Part shown: positions 37,980-51,295 of the stretch, piece after piece
How positions within the stretch are numbered: the stretch's first letter is position 1
Layout: every line of letters begins with the position of its first letter
Assembly: GCF_004010195.1 (NCBI RefSeq)
Contig: NC_057728.1
Span: 43,493,989-43,557,988, forward strand
Length of the DNA: 64,000 bases
Source: Chiloscyllium plagiosum
Taxonomy: Eukaryota
Direction: 5' to 3'
Translations under genes and position numbers: made by a program
Notes under the pieces: model-generated
Told to the model about the DNA's origin: nothing
Seen by the model: only the letters and a program-made list of their open reading frames with translations
The model's database searches: none

Positions 37980-38790
37980 AAAGAACAAAGAAAACTTACA
38001 GCCCAGGAACAGCCCCTTCGGCCCTCCAAGCCTGAGCCGATCCAAATCTACTGTCTGAACCTGTCGCCCAATTTCTAAGCATCTGTATCCCTCTGCTCCC
38101 CACCTACTCATGGATCTGTCCAGATGCATCTTAAATGAATCTACCGTGCCTGCCTCTATCACCTCTGTTGGCAACGCGTTCCAGACACCCAACACCCTCT
38201 GCATAAAGTACTTGCCGCGTGTATCCCCCTTAAACTTTTCACCTCTCACCTCGAAAGCGTGACATCTAGTTATTGGATCCTTCACCCTGGGAAAAAGCTT
38301 ATCACTATCTACCCTGTCTATACCCTTCATGATTTTGAAAACCTCAATCAGGTCCCCCCCCCCCAATCTCCTTTTTCTAATGAAAACAAACCTAACCTAA
38401 TCAATTTCTCTTCATAACTAGCATCTTCCATACCAGGCAACACCCTCGTAAACCTTCTCTGCACCCTCTCCAAAGCATCCACATCCTTTTGTTAATGTGG
38501 CGACCAGAAATGTACACAGTATTCTAAATGCAGCCGAACCAATGTCTTGTACAATTTTAACATGACCTGCCAGCTCTTATACTCAATACCCCGTCCAATG
38601 AAGGCATGCATACCATATGCCTTCTTGACCACTCTATCCACCTATGCAACAACGTTCAGGGTACAATGAACCTGCACTCCCAGATCTCTCTCTTCATCAA
38701 CTTATCCCAAGGATCTTCCGTTCACTGTATAATTTTCTCTAGAATTAGACTTGCCAAAATGCATCACCTCACATTTGTCTGGATTAACTC
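37980..38790 (-). mobile_element. CR1 LINE 3' end
   Basis: GDLIEVFKIMKGIDRVD..WNALP; aagaacaaagaaaa tail. Confidence 0.9.
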
Positions 38791-38971
38791 CTTGCCACAG
38801 AGAGGAAAAAATGATATTTTAATGCACCTTATCACAATCCTAGAATGTCCCAAATCGCTTCACAACTAATGAGCAACTTGTAAAGTAGTGTTGTGCAAAC
38901 AAATTCAGAAATCAAATGTGAAGTTTATGACATCCCAAAATGGATTATATATACAATACTTGCTATTTATG

Positions 38972-40548
38972 AGAGTCATAGAGTCATAGAGATGTACAGC
39001 ACGGAAATAGACCCTTCGGTCCAACTCGTCCATGCCGACCAGATATCCAAAGCCGATCTAGTCCCACCTGGCAGCATCCAGTCCATATCCCTCCAAATCC
39101 TTCCGACTCATATGCCCATCCAGATGCCCTTTAAATGTTGCAACTGTACTAGTCTCCACCACTTTCTCTGGCCATTCCACACACGCACCACCCTCCACGG
39201 GAAAAGGTTGCCCCTTAGGCCTCTTTTATATCTTTCCCCTCTCACCCTAAAGCTATGTCCTTTAGTTCTGGACTACCCCACCCCAGGAAAAATACTTTGT
39301 CTATTTACCCTATCCATGCCCTTTGTGATTGCTAAACCTCTATAAAGTTACAACTCTGCCTCCGACACTCCAGGGAAAACAGGCCCAGCCTATTCAACCT
39401 CTCCCTATAGCTTAAATCCTCCAACCCTGGCAACATCCTTGTAAATCTTTTCTGAACCCTTTCGAGTTTCACAACATCCTTCCGACAGGAAGGAGAACAG
39501 AATTGCATGCAATATTCCAAAAGTGGCCGAACCAATGTCCTGTACAGCCGCAACATGACCTCCTACCTCCTGTACTCAGTATTCTGCCCAATAAAGGAAA
39601 GCACACCAAACATCTTCTTCACTATCCGATCTACCTGCGACGCGATTTTCAAGGAGTTATGAACCTGCACCCCAAGGTCTCTTTGTTCAGCAACACTCCC
39701 TAGGACCTTACCAGTAAATGTAGAAGTCCTGCTCTGATTTGCTTTCCCAAAATGCACCACCTCACATTTATCTAAATTAAACTCCATTTGCCACTTCCCA
39801 GCGCATTGGCCTATCTGATCAAAATCCCGTTGTAATCCAAGGTCACCTTCTTCGCTGGCCACTACACCTCTAATTTTGGTGTAATGTGCAAACTTACTAA
39901 CTATACCTCTTATGCTTACATCCAAATAATTTATATAAATGATGAAAAATATCGGAGCCAGCACCAATCCTTGTGGCACTCCAATGGTCACAGGCCTCCA
40001 GTCTGAAAAACAACCCTTCATCACCACCCTCTGTCTTCTACCTTTGAGCCAGTTCTGTATCCAAATGGCTAGTTTTCCCTGTATTCCATGAGATTTAACC
40101 TTGTTAACCACTCTCCCATGGGGAACCTTGTTGCATGCTTTACTGAAGTCCATATACATTACGTCTACCGCTCTGTCCTCATCAATCCTCTTTGTTACTT
40201 CTTCAAAATACTCAATCAAGTTTGTGAGACATGATTTCCCTCGTACAAAGTCATGTTGACTATCCCTAATCAGTTCTTGTCTTTCCAAATATGTGTACAT
40301 TCTGTCCCTCAGATTGCCTCCAACAGCTTGCCCATCACTGACATCAGGCTCACTGGTCTATGATTTCCTGACTTATCCTTACCACACTTCTTAAACAGTG
40401 GCACCACGTTAGCTAACCTCCAGTTTTCCAGTACCTCACCTGTGACTATTGATGATACAAATCTCTCACAGCGAGAGGCCCAGCAATCACTTCCCTAGCT
40501 TCCCACAGAGTTCAAGGGTACACCTGATCAGGTCCTGGGGATTTATCT
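38972..40548 (-). mobile_element. CR1 LINE 3' 1.6 kb
   Basis: ORF 39563-40300 RT (QHDFVRGKSCLTNL, YMDFSKA, VPQG); agtcatag tail. Confidence 0.93.
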
Positions 40549-41260
40549 GATGGTTTCCAACCACTCCTCAAGTGCTAACATTTTTGCCATCATGGACTAT
40601 CTGCAAATAATGAACAGAAAATCTCACAAAACAGAATGCAAATTTCTGAAGCATGTTCTCAGTAGGTGAGACTTCATTTCAGAATGTATATTTGAAATGT
40701 CGGCACTAATGATTTGTCATGACTGGTGTACATCCAAACTGTGAAGTCACAGGATCAAAGAAAGCAGCCCTTCAGCTAAACAAACATACTTGGAATGAGC
40801 TGCCAATCCTAGATGCACCTCCAGAGGTAATTTATCTAAATTAAGAGGTCAATGTTCTGCTGGTTACCCACAATAGACCTCACATAAGTTCCACGAGAAG
40901 GTACTGGAGCAGTCTACCTGCAGATTGGGACACACACGCAGCTCCTGTGATCTCAGTAGTGCATTCCTGCTTTTCCTGTTCCAAAGGAATGGTTTTTAAA
41001 GAACTATCTCCAACTTTTCTTTAACCTAACTTTCATTGGCAGCTGTTGATAAATCATGATCTTCATCAGAGCTGCTCATTGACAGCAATTTTCTTGATGG
41101 AATCTTTAAACAGGTATTAAGCCTGAATTTCCATATCTCAAATCTCTTTTAGGTACCTACATGAAATACTTAAGTAAATCATTTGCTGACTTTTGTAATG
41201 AGACCAAAGCTATGTAGATTAGCTGCAGGTGGTCCCAATGCTAAACTGATATAATATATA

Positions 41261-41403
41261 GGAGAAAGTGAGGACTTCAGATGCTGGAGATCAGAGCTGA
41301 AAAATGTGTTGCTGGAAAAGCACAGCAGGTCAGGCAGCATCCAAGGAGCAGGAGAATCGACGTTTCGGGCATAAGCCCTTCTTCAGCAACACATTTTTCA
41401 GCT
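41261..41403 (-). mobile_element. Penelope pLTR mini-insert with a short inverted arm
   Basis: 15-bp TSD CTGATATAATATATA (41246-41260 and 41404-41418). Intact CTGAAGA-gggc/ttat/gccc-GAAAC-GTC on the minus strand; inverted arm caacacatttttcagct. Confidence 0.85.
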
Positions 41404-42465
41404 CTGATATAATATATAACCTATATATCTGTAAAATGAATATAATGATTACTAATTTTTACACCTTCATGCCCATTTATTCATATTAATTCACTAAATC
41501 AAAAATATTTTAAATGTCATGTCATTCATTGACCAGATTTACCAAATTGTGGCAAAGTGAAAACCTGAGAAATTTAAATTTATATTAAAGTAATAAAATA
41601 GCATCAAAATAGAATAAAATCAAAAATTTGACAAAAAGCTATTTGATTTTACTGAACTTGTACTCACTAATTAAGATTTTGGTTTGCCTTTTTATTTTTT
41701 GTTATTGTTTATTTTCTTAGTTTTTATTATAATTTATCCAACCACAGCAAATAAGCTGTTTCCAATATAAAACTGTATGGCAAGTCCACTACATATAGCA
41801 TTAATAAAATTATAAGACACAAATTACATGCAAATCACAAACATATTTACAAATATGCAACTCGATGAAGTACTGTGGCAGAGTTCCAACTGGGCCTGCA
41901 GACTCCTTGTATTTGGGACCCTCTGACTTGCGAACACAGAAGCATCCCAAAATCAGAACAGATTCAAGGAACCATTTTGTGAATACAGTCAACATATTTT
42001 TCAACATCCTCCCAAATGTCTCCAGCACTTGTGCAAATCAGCCGGATAAATTCTCAACATCTTCATTATTTTCAGAACTTTGTTATTGAGCCAAACTAAT
42101 TAACAACAGAGTGACAGGAAGATTGAGACATATTTATAATGAAAGACAGAAAGAATTATAGGGTTGAATCTTACTTTCCTTTGGCAAAGTTGAGTTGAAT
42201 CAATCATTTTGGAGGACTTCTCTTTGCAATGCCTCCTGAGATTTTTCTCCTGTATCTTACCAAACCCGCCCCATAGTATTTGTCACGTCCAATTTCATCC
42301 TCATTTTATCATGCGCTGTTCCCAGAAAAACTCACTACTCACTGGATTTTCACTGAAAGACTTGCATCCCTAGTGCCCTGACAATATTTCAAAGGATACT
42401 GTGCACCTGGTTGAGCACTAGCATTCTGAAGCTTCCTTATTCATTGATGGACAGATTTTGAACAT

Positions 42466-42665
42466 GTTGGAGAAAGGGAAGATGGTGCCATGATTCTCTG
42501 ATAAGGACCTGGAACTCCTGGTGGACAATTTGCTGCAATGGATTGGGTATCCTCCTTTCAGAGGACCAGAAGAGGAGACCACACACCAGACAACGACAGC
42601 CTGGCATGAGGTTTCCACCTGGGTCAGTGTGGGTCCTCAGTCTGGAGGAACAGCCAGCAGTGCCA
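42466..42665 (+). pseudogene. Myb/SANT-like (MSANTD/trihelix) DNA-binding domain remnant
   Basis: KGKMVP*FSDKDLELLVDNLLQ / ILLSEDQKRRPH / QTTTAWHEVSTWVSV / WRNSQQC matches the PRFSxxxLExLV...W.EIA..V...RxxxQC signature. Candidate later exons start after ttacag (about 42934) and ttgcag (about 43206). Confidence 0.75.
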
Positions 42666-43351
42666 ACTCTGTCAGCATTAGCGTCACACTCTTCTTACTG
42701 CTACTTTGCACCATTCTATCTCTGCTTATGTACACAGCTCCTATCAAGGCTCTAGTTCTGGCAGTCCCATCACCATATGCAACATCTTCCCTCACTTGCT
42801 CTCATTTCACACCACCTCACATTAATAACTCTGTTGTGTCTGTGCTGCCTACTCTGAACATCTCATCACTTTTCCCTTATGCACCAGCAGTAACAACTGT
42901 GCTACCCACTTTCAGCTCATTTCTCTCATTACAGAAGAAGACAGCATACAACAAGCAGAAAGGGCCCACAGAGGTTGAGAGGCACTTGGCACAAGAATCC
43001 TCAGTGTCGACATGGAGAAACTCCGTCTTCACAGAAGACAACTGAGACCACTCCTGCAGGAATTCAGAGACATCTGTGTCTCACCAATTAAGTACCATTC
43101 TTCATTCTACTGCAACTCTTACAGTAACCCCACTGTCAGTGTCATTTTTTTTCACATCACTGCTAACAACTGGCTGTGATGCTTTGTTTCTCTTTTGTCT
43201 TGCAGGTACTAGCAGGATGATGGGAACTTCTGTGATGAAATAGCTGCTCTGCCAGAAGTCACCTCCTTGACCTTTAAGGTCCAGAGTATGGAGGTCTCAG
43301 AGAAAGAATCAGCAAAAGACTGCCTCTTGCATACCTCACCAGCTTAGACAT

Positions 43352-43742
43352 GGGCAGCACAGTGGCTCAACAAGTGGCATAGTAGCTCAGCAGGCAGCAC
43401 GGTGGCTCAGTGATTAGCACTGCTACCTCACAGCGCCAGACCCAGGTTCCATTCCAGCCTCGGGCAACTGTCTGTGCAGAGGTTGCACGTTCTTGCCATT
43501 TCTGTATGGGTTTCTTCCAGGTGCTCTGGTTTCCCTCCACAGTCCAAAGATGTGTAGGTTAGTGGATTGGCCATGCTAAATTGCCTATAGCATCCAGGGA
43601 TGTGCAGGCTAGTGTGGATTAGCGATGGGAAATGCAGGGTTACAGGAATAGGGTAATGGGGTGGGTCTAGGTAGGGTGTTCTTTGGAGGGTTGGTGTGGT
43701 CTTAATGAGCTGAATGGCCTGCTTCCACACTGTAGAGATTTT
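43352..43742 (+). mobile_element. HE1-like SINE, full length, with triplicated 5' head
   Basis: A box tggctcagtgattagc, B box ggttccattcc, central core and tgtagagatt tail. Confidence 0.9.
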
Positions 43743-44322
43743 AAAATACTGCCATTCATCTTGGAAAGTCTGAGAGCACATGCTGACGAGTATCTTGCTG
43801 CAACAACTTCACAGCTGGACAAGGAAGAATTTCCCAAATCTGCTGGCACTCGGAAGATTGCCAGACACTAAGCACTTAATCAGCCTCAGGCAAGAAAGGA
43901 ACCAGTGTTGTAGACAATCAGGGACTCCATTCACATGCACAGGTATTAAAATCAGCATAGACAGGTATGTGGGACGCAATGGCCATCATTCCTCAGCCAT
44001 GCAGCTATGTATGGGATCGTCTGGCTGCCTTTATGGACAGGTTGGTGGCTGTGAGCTAGGCCCCACATCCTGAGGATCTCCTGGAGAGGAATACACGCCC
44101 GCACCTTATTGGCCCCAGTATCAGTTCTCAGGACTGAAGGCACCCCTTCCATACAAAAAGACCAGGTGGTTTCAGAAGACAAAGGAAAAACCACATGCAG
44201 CACCTCAGCGGTGTCATCTCAGGAGACTTTGAAGGTGGCTGGGTCTTTCACCTCCACACTGCCTGCCTTGCTCCGACCCTGGGAAATTCCTTTGGCAAGA
44301 AAAGCATCTGCATGTCTAGCTG

Positions 44323-44417
44323 CTAGGAGATGAAGGGCTTATGCCCAAAACATCGACTCTCCTGCTCCTTGGATGCTGCCTGACCGGCTGTGCTTTTCCA
44401 GCGCTACACTTTTCAAC
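44323..44417 (+). mobile_element. Penelope pLTR mini-insert
   Basis: Starts at the hammerhead core (gatgaagggcttatgccc); 16-bp TSD TCTGCATGT(C)T/CAGCTG with one mismatch (44307-44322 and 44418-44433). Confidence 0.75.
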
Positions 44418-45790
44418 TCTGCATGTCCAGCTGTCCAGGCACAAATGGCCCCATGGCTACCTGATCATATGGCTAAGGCTAATGGACACTAACATCAGCA
44501 GGCTTCCTCCACCCCAGTTTTGGAACCAAGGACTACATGAGATGTAGTAGGAAGGGAAGAAAAAGTACTGAAGACACTTTGGTGGCATGCCTGAAATTGC
44601 ACAATGTATGAAGTCTTAATGTTGTATAAATTTGATTGTTCTGGCACTACATCTGTTTGTTTAAGCCTCTATATAGCCCTGAATGCTATCATGTTACTCT
44701 GTTTTATTTCTATACAGGATGTACCCGATCAATATGTGTCGAGAGCGGCAAATGGAAGCAAGATGAACCAGACATATACAGGGTAATGGGTTCTACTGAC
44801 AGCACTGTCTCTTGGCCTAAGACATGTCTTTTATTTCCTTAGCCTCTTGTATCCAAAGGTGCTGTTGTGAATGAGGCTATCAATTATGTCTGGGACACGG
44901 AGATGTGCAGCATGCGGTGTGCTAATACGTTTGGATGGCTAAGGATTTGAGGTTGTGAAGAGCTTTGCCCTAAAAAGTGCATGGACATATGTGTAATGTT
45001 GTTTCCCTTAAAGTGATTCATATTGGTGGGTCCTGCAGACCCTTCTCTCTCAGGTCCGGACACTTACCATGCCCACTTTGGAAGCAGCCATTTTCCTTTC
45101 CACTGTGAACATTGAAATTCTAGGACAATGAATGTTCTTCAAACACTCTTCAGCCAGTGGCATCCAGCTTCTGCCTCTACATGTTGGTGAGACTCTAAAT
45201 ATCCAGATCCCAACCTGGGAGCCCATTTCATGAATCTCATAAATCTTTACATCTCCCCAGAGCTGCACCCAATGCAAGCCTTCATTTGTCCACCTCATCC
45301 CCAAGTCCATGGCATTTTAGGTGACTATGTCACATGTGGTCATGGACCCTTCTCTCTGCCTTTTGCACCCAGAGTGTTCTTGACTGTGAACAAATTATCC
45401 CTTCCGCATGACCCTCTTTCCCATCCATGCTTTACAGTTTCCTAACCTACAAATGCCAATATCCTCCTTCACAACTATCACCTTCCCTTTCCCAACCCTT
45501 TGTAGCCTCCAATACTGAAAAAAATAAAGTCCAGAGTCTCTTTCCCCAGTGTAGTGGCCACACTTATCCCATTGCCATCTCCTTTCTTCATAGTTTCTAT
45601 GGATGGACCCGATCGACTTACTATGGCTCACCCCCTTGATTGACCTAATCAGACAGCCCCAGTGGAGAAGTGCCAGACCTCTGTCTGATGGTTGTACTTC
45701 TCCCTGACTGCATTAACCCTACCCCACCAACAATGGGACCATGACCCATTCCCTGGCCTGCAGTGGCATAAATTCCCTGACTAAGATCAG

Positions 45791-45984
45791 ATTCGAGAGT
45801 GTGTGCTGGAAAAGCACAACAGGTCAGGCAGCATCCGAGGAGCAGGAAAATCGATGTTTCAGGCAAAAACCTTTTGCCCAAAACATTGATTTTCCTGCTC
45901 CTCAGATGCTGCCTGACCTGCTGTGCTTTTCCAGCACCACACTCTCGATTCTAATCGCCAGCATCTGCAGTCCTCACTTTCATC
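45791..45984 (+). mobile_element. Fold-back Penelope pLTR mini-insert
   Basis: Inverted arms meeting near 45870 (ggcaaaaac|cttttgccc); imperfect TSD ctaa(ga)tcagat. Confidence 0.8.
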
Positions 45985-46864
45985 CTAATCAGATGTCTGA
46001 CCATGGCCAACTAATATCAGGATTTGCCCTTAACTTACGATGCCAGCAAACACTGACTGACAGATGCATCATGGTCTTCAGAGAGAGCGCTACTCCCCTA
46101 AACATTTAAGACATGGCTGCTGCTTGCTGCACACTGTGCAGATATGAGATTTACAGAGCATGGTGGTCTACAGCAAGCTGTAAACCCTGTTGACTGAAGA
46201 TTTCTGACTAACAAGGGAAGCTGCCTAGTTGTGTAAGTATGCTAATTGCCCCAGTAATGCATGACAAGAAAAGGCAGAGGTGCTGTAATCATGCAGATGG
46301 CTGAGTGCTAAGAGAGTAAGCGAGAAGTTCTTAAACATGGCCTAGTCCAATCTGTGAGCTGTGTGCCAGTTCATGCATACAAAGTAATTATGTGCTTCCT
46401 AAGCAGCCTGCAAGTGGTTTGGATAGGTGTCATAATGTTCTTGAGGGATCATGGACAATTGTTGCATGCGGCCAGTGACCATGGATCATATCTTGATATG
46501 TTTATGATGGTGAACAACAGTGGTGAGCTGAAGTTGTTAGGTACTTGTTCTGACTTCCGTGTCAAGAATTCACAATGTCTCGCTTGGTTGGCACATTTGG
46601 TAAGATAAGAAGCTCAGTATTTATGAGGTGAATTGTGGCATCACTACGGCAATTAACAAGCTATAATACTCCTTAATTGGCAACGCACTGCTACCTAGCG
46701 AGAAATTCATCACATCACTTGAAAAATTTATAAAAGATGGAGTGAGTTGTTTCCGACTTTGAGATAGGCATTGTGGATTTCTCATGTGATTCTGCCTTAA
46801 AATCTTGCTAAAGGCCATATCACTTTGGCCCCGATAAGATTTTGCCTATAATGAATATATGAGG

Positions 46865-47100
46865 TGGGGTCAGGGAATAAGTTCATAAGAGATTTGAAGG
46901 TGGATAGCGAAGGAGTAAACCGCAAAGTGCAAGTGCTTCTCTTTAGGTTTAATAATTTTGAATCTGTGGTTGACAGATTTTTGAAAGGAATGAGAAGATA
47001 TAGACTATGACATATGGCGAGAGTTGGGATACAGGACAACTACGATCTCAATGAACAGAAAAAAGACTTAAGAGAGTTCTATTTCTGTGTACCTATGATC
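46865..47100 (+). mobile_element. Old CR1 3' fragment
   Basis: gacagatttttg..gaagatatag, gatctcaatgaa and cctatgatctt tail. Confidence 0.45.
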
Positions 47101-47109
47101 TTAACACTT

Positions 47110-48053
47110 TGAGCACCACCCACCAACATTAACTGAGAAATTTCAATACAACATCCTTCTCACATGCCCACTTGTCTGTCCACAGCATGCTGTGGTCCTC
47201 CACTGAATCACTGTGCAAACTGGAAGAACAACATCCTCATCCTCAGTCTTGGCACTTTCCAGCCTTCTGGGCTTAATACTGAGTTCAACTCCTTCAAATT
47301 GTGAAGCAACTTCCATTTTTTCCCTTTCTTTTATCCTTACTTGTTACATTCTTTGTCACCATGTCCTTTCTCCCCTCTCCCCACCCCAGTGGGACTGTCT
47401 TCTCTTTTAGGTCTCGCAGTTAGACATGCCATTGTTCTGCTGTTCTCACACTCGAATCACTTAATCTGAACTATCAACTTTTTTATAGAATCCCCACAGT
47501 GTGGAAACAGGCCATTCAGCTCAACACCAATCCTCCGAAGAGCATCCCACCCAGACCCACTTCGAACCCTATCACTGTAACCATGCATTTCTCATGGCTA
47601 ATGCACCTAACCTACACATCCCGGAACACTATGGGTAATTTAAAACGTACAATCCACCTAATTTGGACATCTCTGGACTGTGGGAGGAAACTGAAGCACC
47701 CAGCAGAAATCCACACAGACACAGGGAGAACATCCAATCTCCACACAGACAGTCACCTGAGGTTGGAATTGAACCCACGTCCCTGGCACTGTAAGGCAGC
47801 AATGTTAAACACTGAGCTACCATGCTGCCTCTTTCCCCATCAGCATTCTACACCCTATCACTGCCACAATCCTCCCCCACCAACTATAGCATAAATACTA
47901 GCCCCTCCACACTTCATTTTAGCTCTGATTAAGAGTTATCTAGAAACAAAACAATAGCTTGCTCTCTCTCCACGGACGCTGTATGCCCCGCAGTGATCTC
48001 CAGCATTTGTTGTTTTCAGTACAGATTCCGCATCTGCAGTAATTTGCTCCTCC
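47110..48053 (+). mobile_element. Penelope-like element 3' end (GIY-YIG C-terminus plus pLTR), interrupted by a SINE
   Basis: KLEEQH..LSLGTFQPSGLNTEFNSF*; terminal ctctgattaagagttatctaga (decayed hammerhead) and gcatctgcagtaatttgc end. Confidence 0.8.
47485..47830 (-). mobile_element. HE1-like SINE
   Basis: Antisense A box (actgagctaccatgctgcc), B box (ggaattgaacc) and tail (tagaatccccacagtgtggaaac). Confidence 0.9.
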
Positions 48054-49471
48054 TAAGATATGAGTTACTTTTTCTCTCTCCTTTTAAGGCACATTCAGAT
48101 GCACAAAAGTTAATTTAAGCTTGTTCTATGATATTGCAAACACTACAAGGCACATAAAAAAGGCATAGGCTTTTGAATCACTTGCAGGAGCCTTATATTA
48201 TAGAGCATGGAGGCTTGATATCTTCATGAGAAATGAAGATTAAACAGTAATTAATTAAATAGCAATTCAACATAACACAGCAATATTCCATTCTAACAAT
48301 GAAAGATTTTACTTCTTCAGTCCATTTTGTTTTTAACAATCTGGGATTATACTCAACTTCAGTAAATATCACATATTAAACAATAAATATGCATTTTACA
48401 AACAATAGATAATAGAAATTAAATACTTTCTGTTTAACAAATTCGTAAGTTTGAAAGGGATATGGAAATGCAAAATAATCATTCTATGATTTCTTGAAAT
48501 GCCTTTCCAAGATGCTTTTCATAAGACTTTCCAAATAAATATATCAATGCGATAGCTAACATCATTCAATACATTCTGTGCAGAGCTCACACTTCATTTC
48601 TCGATAGGCTAAACTCTATAATTTATGAAATTAACTCTTCAAGAAAATCTCTTTTTTACTGGGTGCACTGCTCCTCCAAAGGTGTTATTCATACTGCAGA
48701 ATTTACTGCTGCAGTTGCACAATGACTCATCAGTGAACTCCACTGCACCTCGCACCTCCTAACTACTTTCATCGGTACAGATTCAAGCAACAAACAAAAT
48801 GTCTTTATGAACTGCCGGTGATAGTTCAACTACCTCCAGATCTGGACATATACCCAACACACCATGTGCCAAGTGCTGGGAACATCCTCGGGATATTTTA
48901 GCTATTTTGCCTTAGACAGCATGTGCAAATCATAATAAGAATGATAAAATAAGAATGATAAAATAAGGTATCAAATTGGCAACAGTAGCTTATGCACAAT
49001 AATTTGAAGGGAGGAAAATAGTGTACATAGCATATATTTGTACACATTACAACTACAGCTAGAACACAAACCGAGCATTTCAGCTGGATATAGCATGCAG
49101 AGCAATTTTATAAATCCAGAGCGTGTTTGCTATCTTGGACTTCTGGTTTTGATACAGGTACAATTGCTAACTGTACTCAAATAAACAACAACTTAGTAGG
49201 ACAAAATATCCTTCAATCTTTACAGTGAAACATTTGTACTTCTTGATTTCATTTGCTTTTAACAATCTGGACTTCAGCAAATAATCAGAAATCAAATACA
49301 CATTTTACAAACAACAGGTATCAGTAGAATTAAATACATCGTACCTAATAGATTTGTAATTTTAAACTAATAAATAAATACAAAATATTGATTTCATAAT
49401 CCTTCAAGTACATTTCCACTGCATCCCTACTGGGAAATATTGCTCATGAAATCATGGCTTCTTTTAACTTA

Positions 49472-49666
<195 letters not shown>

Positions 49667-50977
49667 TTATACATACTTTTTAAAAATTTAATAACCATAA
49701 TTGATTTTGATTATCATTATAAATACATCTAAATCAGGATATAATTGTTCTTTGACTTGTTCACCTTAACTACTTGTTGAATATAATTTATCTCTCACCT
49801 ATTCATCTAATTTTGTATTCTTATAAAAATTAATAACATTTCTCTCTTCCGATTCACTTTTCAATAATCTGATTAGTGAAGGACGAAAACAGACTTAACT
49901 GAAATATTGCCCTCCAGACTAAGCTTTTTCACTGATCTTCATCTTTGCCTACCTACTGCCAAACTAGTTCTCAATCCAGGTAAAATATCATTAATTCCAT
50001 CAAATATAGAGCTTAATCAAATTCCTTCACATAATCAAAGTAAATAATGGTGGTTCTATATCGTGACATCAGTTGGACATTGTCAGAGTCTTAAAGAAAG
50101 TGAGGAAGGCTCTGAGATGTCAATACTTCCTTTCCTTACAAGAGTAATAATGGGTCTGGATAGGGAGCTGAAGTGGGAAGACCAGGGGAATATGGAGTCC
50201 AGACTGATGATGATTTTTTCAGGTCTGATCTTATGGTTTCTTCATAAGTATGAAAGTTCTATCACCAACTGAAAATGTGTGCACAATTCTTGACTGCCAT
50301 ATTGGAGTCCTAGTAGGCAAGCTGGCACCTGAGGATTTCCACAGCCAAAGTTATATGTCAGAGAGATCAGAAATGAATGGGTAATGAAGAAGGCACAATC
50401 ATCCAAAAAGACTGGGTCATGGAAAGTGCACAAAGCTTACATGCAAATGGCACACTGAAAAAGCATAGGCATCATGAAGGTATATGCCTCTGCAGAAGTA
50501 GAAGAAATAGGCATAATTTTTAATAAATTAAATGCAAAATAAAATGTACAAGCAACACTGCTATGCAGCAGCTTAGATCACATTTCAGACATATTTTTTC
50601 AGATGAATCAATTAATGCAAGTTGTTCCAAGAGCCTGGCAAGAAGTATGAATTGTGCAAATTTAGAAAATATATGAAAGGATAATCTTGGAAGCTACAGA
50701 CCTCCGACTTGACACCTTGTGGTCAGTACAATATCCTGAAAGAGAGAACAGCGAGGTTTCAGGACAAACATGGGATTGTAGTATGACATCATCAGGGCCA
50801 GAGTGATTCTCAGAACTAGGTTCAATTAGCTGAAGGTGATAAGATTAAAACAAGGGAGCAACAGTAGCCTATTTGGACCACTGAGCCTGCTTCACCAATT
50901 CAATATGATCATGTTCAAAGAAACATTTCCTTGATTCCTTTCCCCCAAGTTGTTTTTCTCATATGTGTTTCATTTCA

Positions 50978-51295
50978 GGGGTGCCACAGTGGCTCAGTGG
51001 TTAGCACTGCTGTCTCACAGCGCCAGGGACCCAGGTTCGATTCCAGCTTTGGGCGACTGTCTGTGTGGAGTTTGCACATTCTCCCCGTGTCTGCGTGGAT
51101 TTCATCTAGATGATCCGGTTTCCTCCCACAGTCCAAAGATATGCAGGTCAGGTAAATTGGCCATTCTAAATTGCCTACAGTGTTAGGTGCATTTGTCAAA
51201 GGGAAATGGGTCTGGGTGGGTTACTCTTTGGAGGTTTGGTATGGACTTGTTGGGCCAAAGTGCCTGTTTCCACACTGTAGGGAATCTAAGCTAAT
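50978..51295 (+). mobile_element. HE1-like SINE, full length
   Basis: A box TGGCTCAGTGG (50990-51000), B box GGTTCGATTCC (51034-51044), tail tgtagggaatctaagctaat. Confidence 0.92.

Larger units (their letters stand above)
42161..46847 (+). mobile_element. Harbinger-like element copy 1 (about 4.7 kb) with Myb/SANT gene remnant
   Basis: Imperfect TIRs GGGTTGAATCTTA / TAAGATTTTGCCT (9/13), each flanked by ATA; Myb/SANT remnant inside; homologous to 13793-20038. Confidence 0.6.

Noticed and set aside
39563..40300. 245-aa and 230-aa (28928-29620) RT ORFs as functional genes
   Set aside because: Fragments of truncated CR1 copies with flanking stops and frameshifts; the catalytic FADD is mutated to FAHY in the first.
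42521..43045. 174-aa ORF with a hydrophobic stretch as a novel membrane protein
   Set aside because: Reads out of a frameshifted Myb/SANT remnant into pyrimidine-rich, intron-like transposon sequence.
50978..51050. tRNA gene (A and B boxes)
   Set aside because: It is the tRNA-derived head of a SINE, continuing into SINE core and tail with no acceptor stem.
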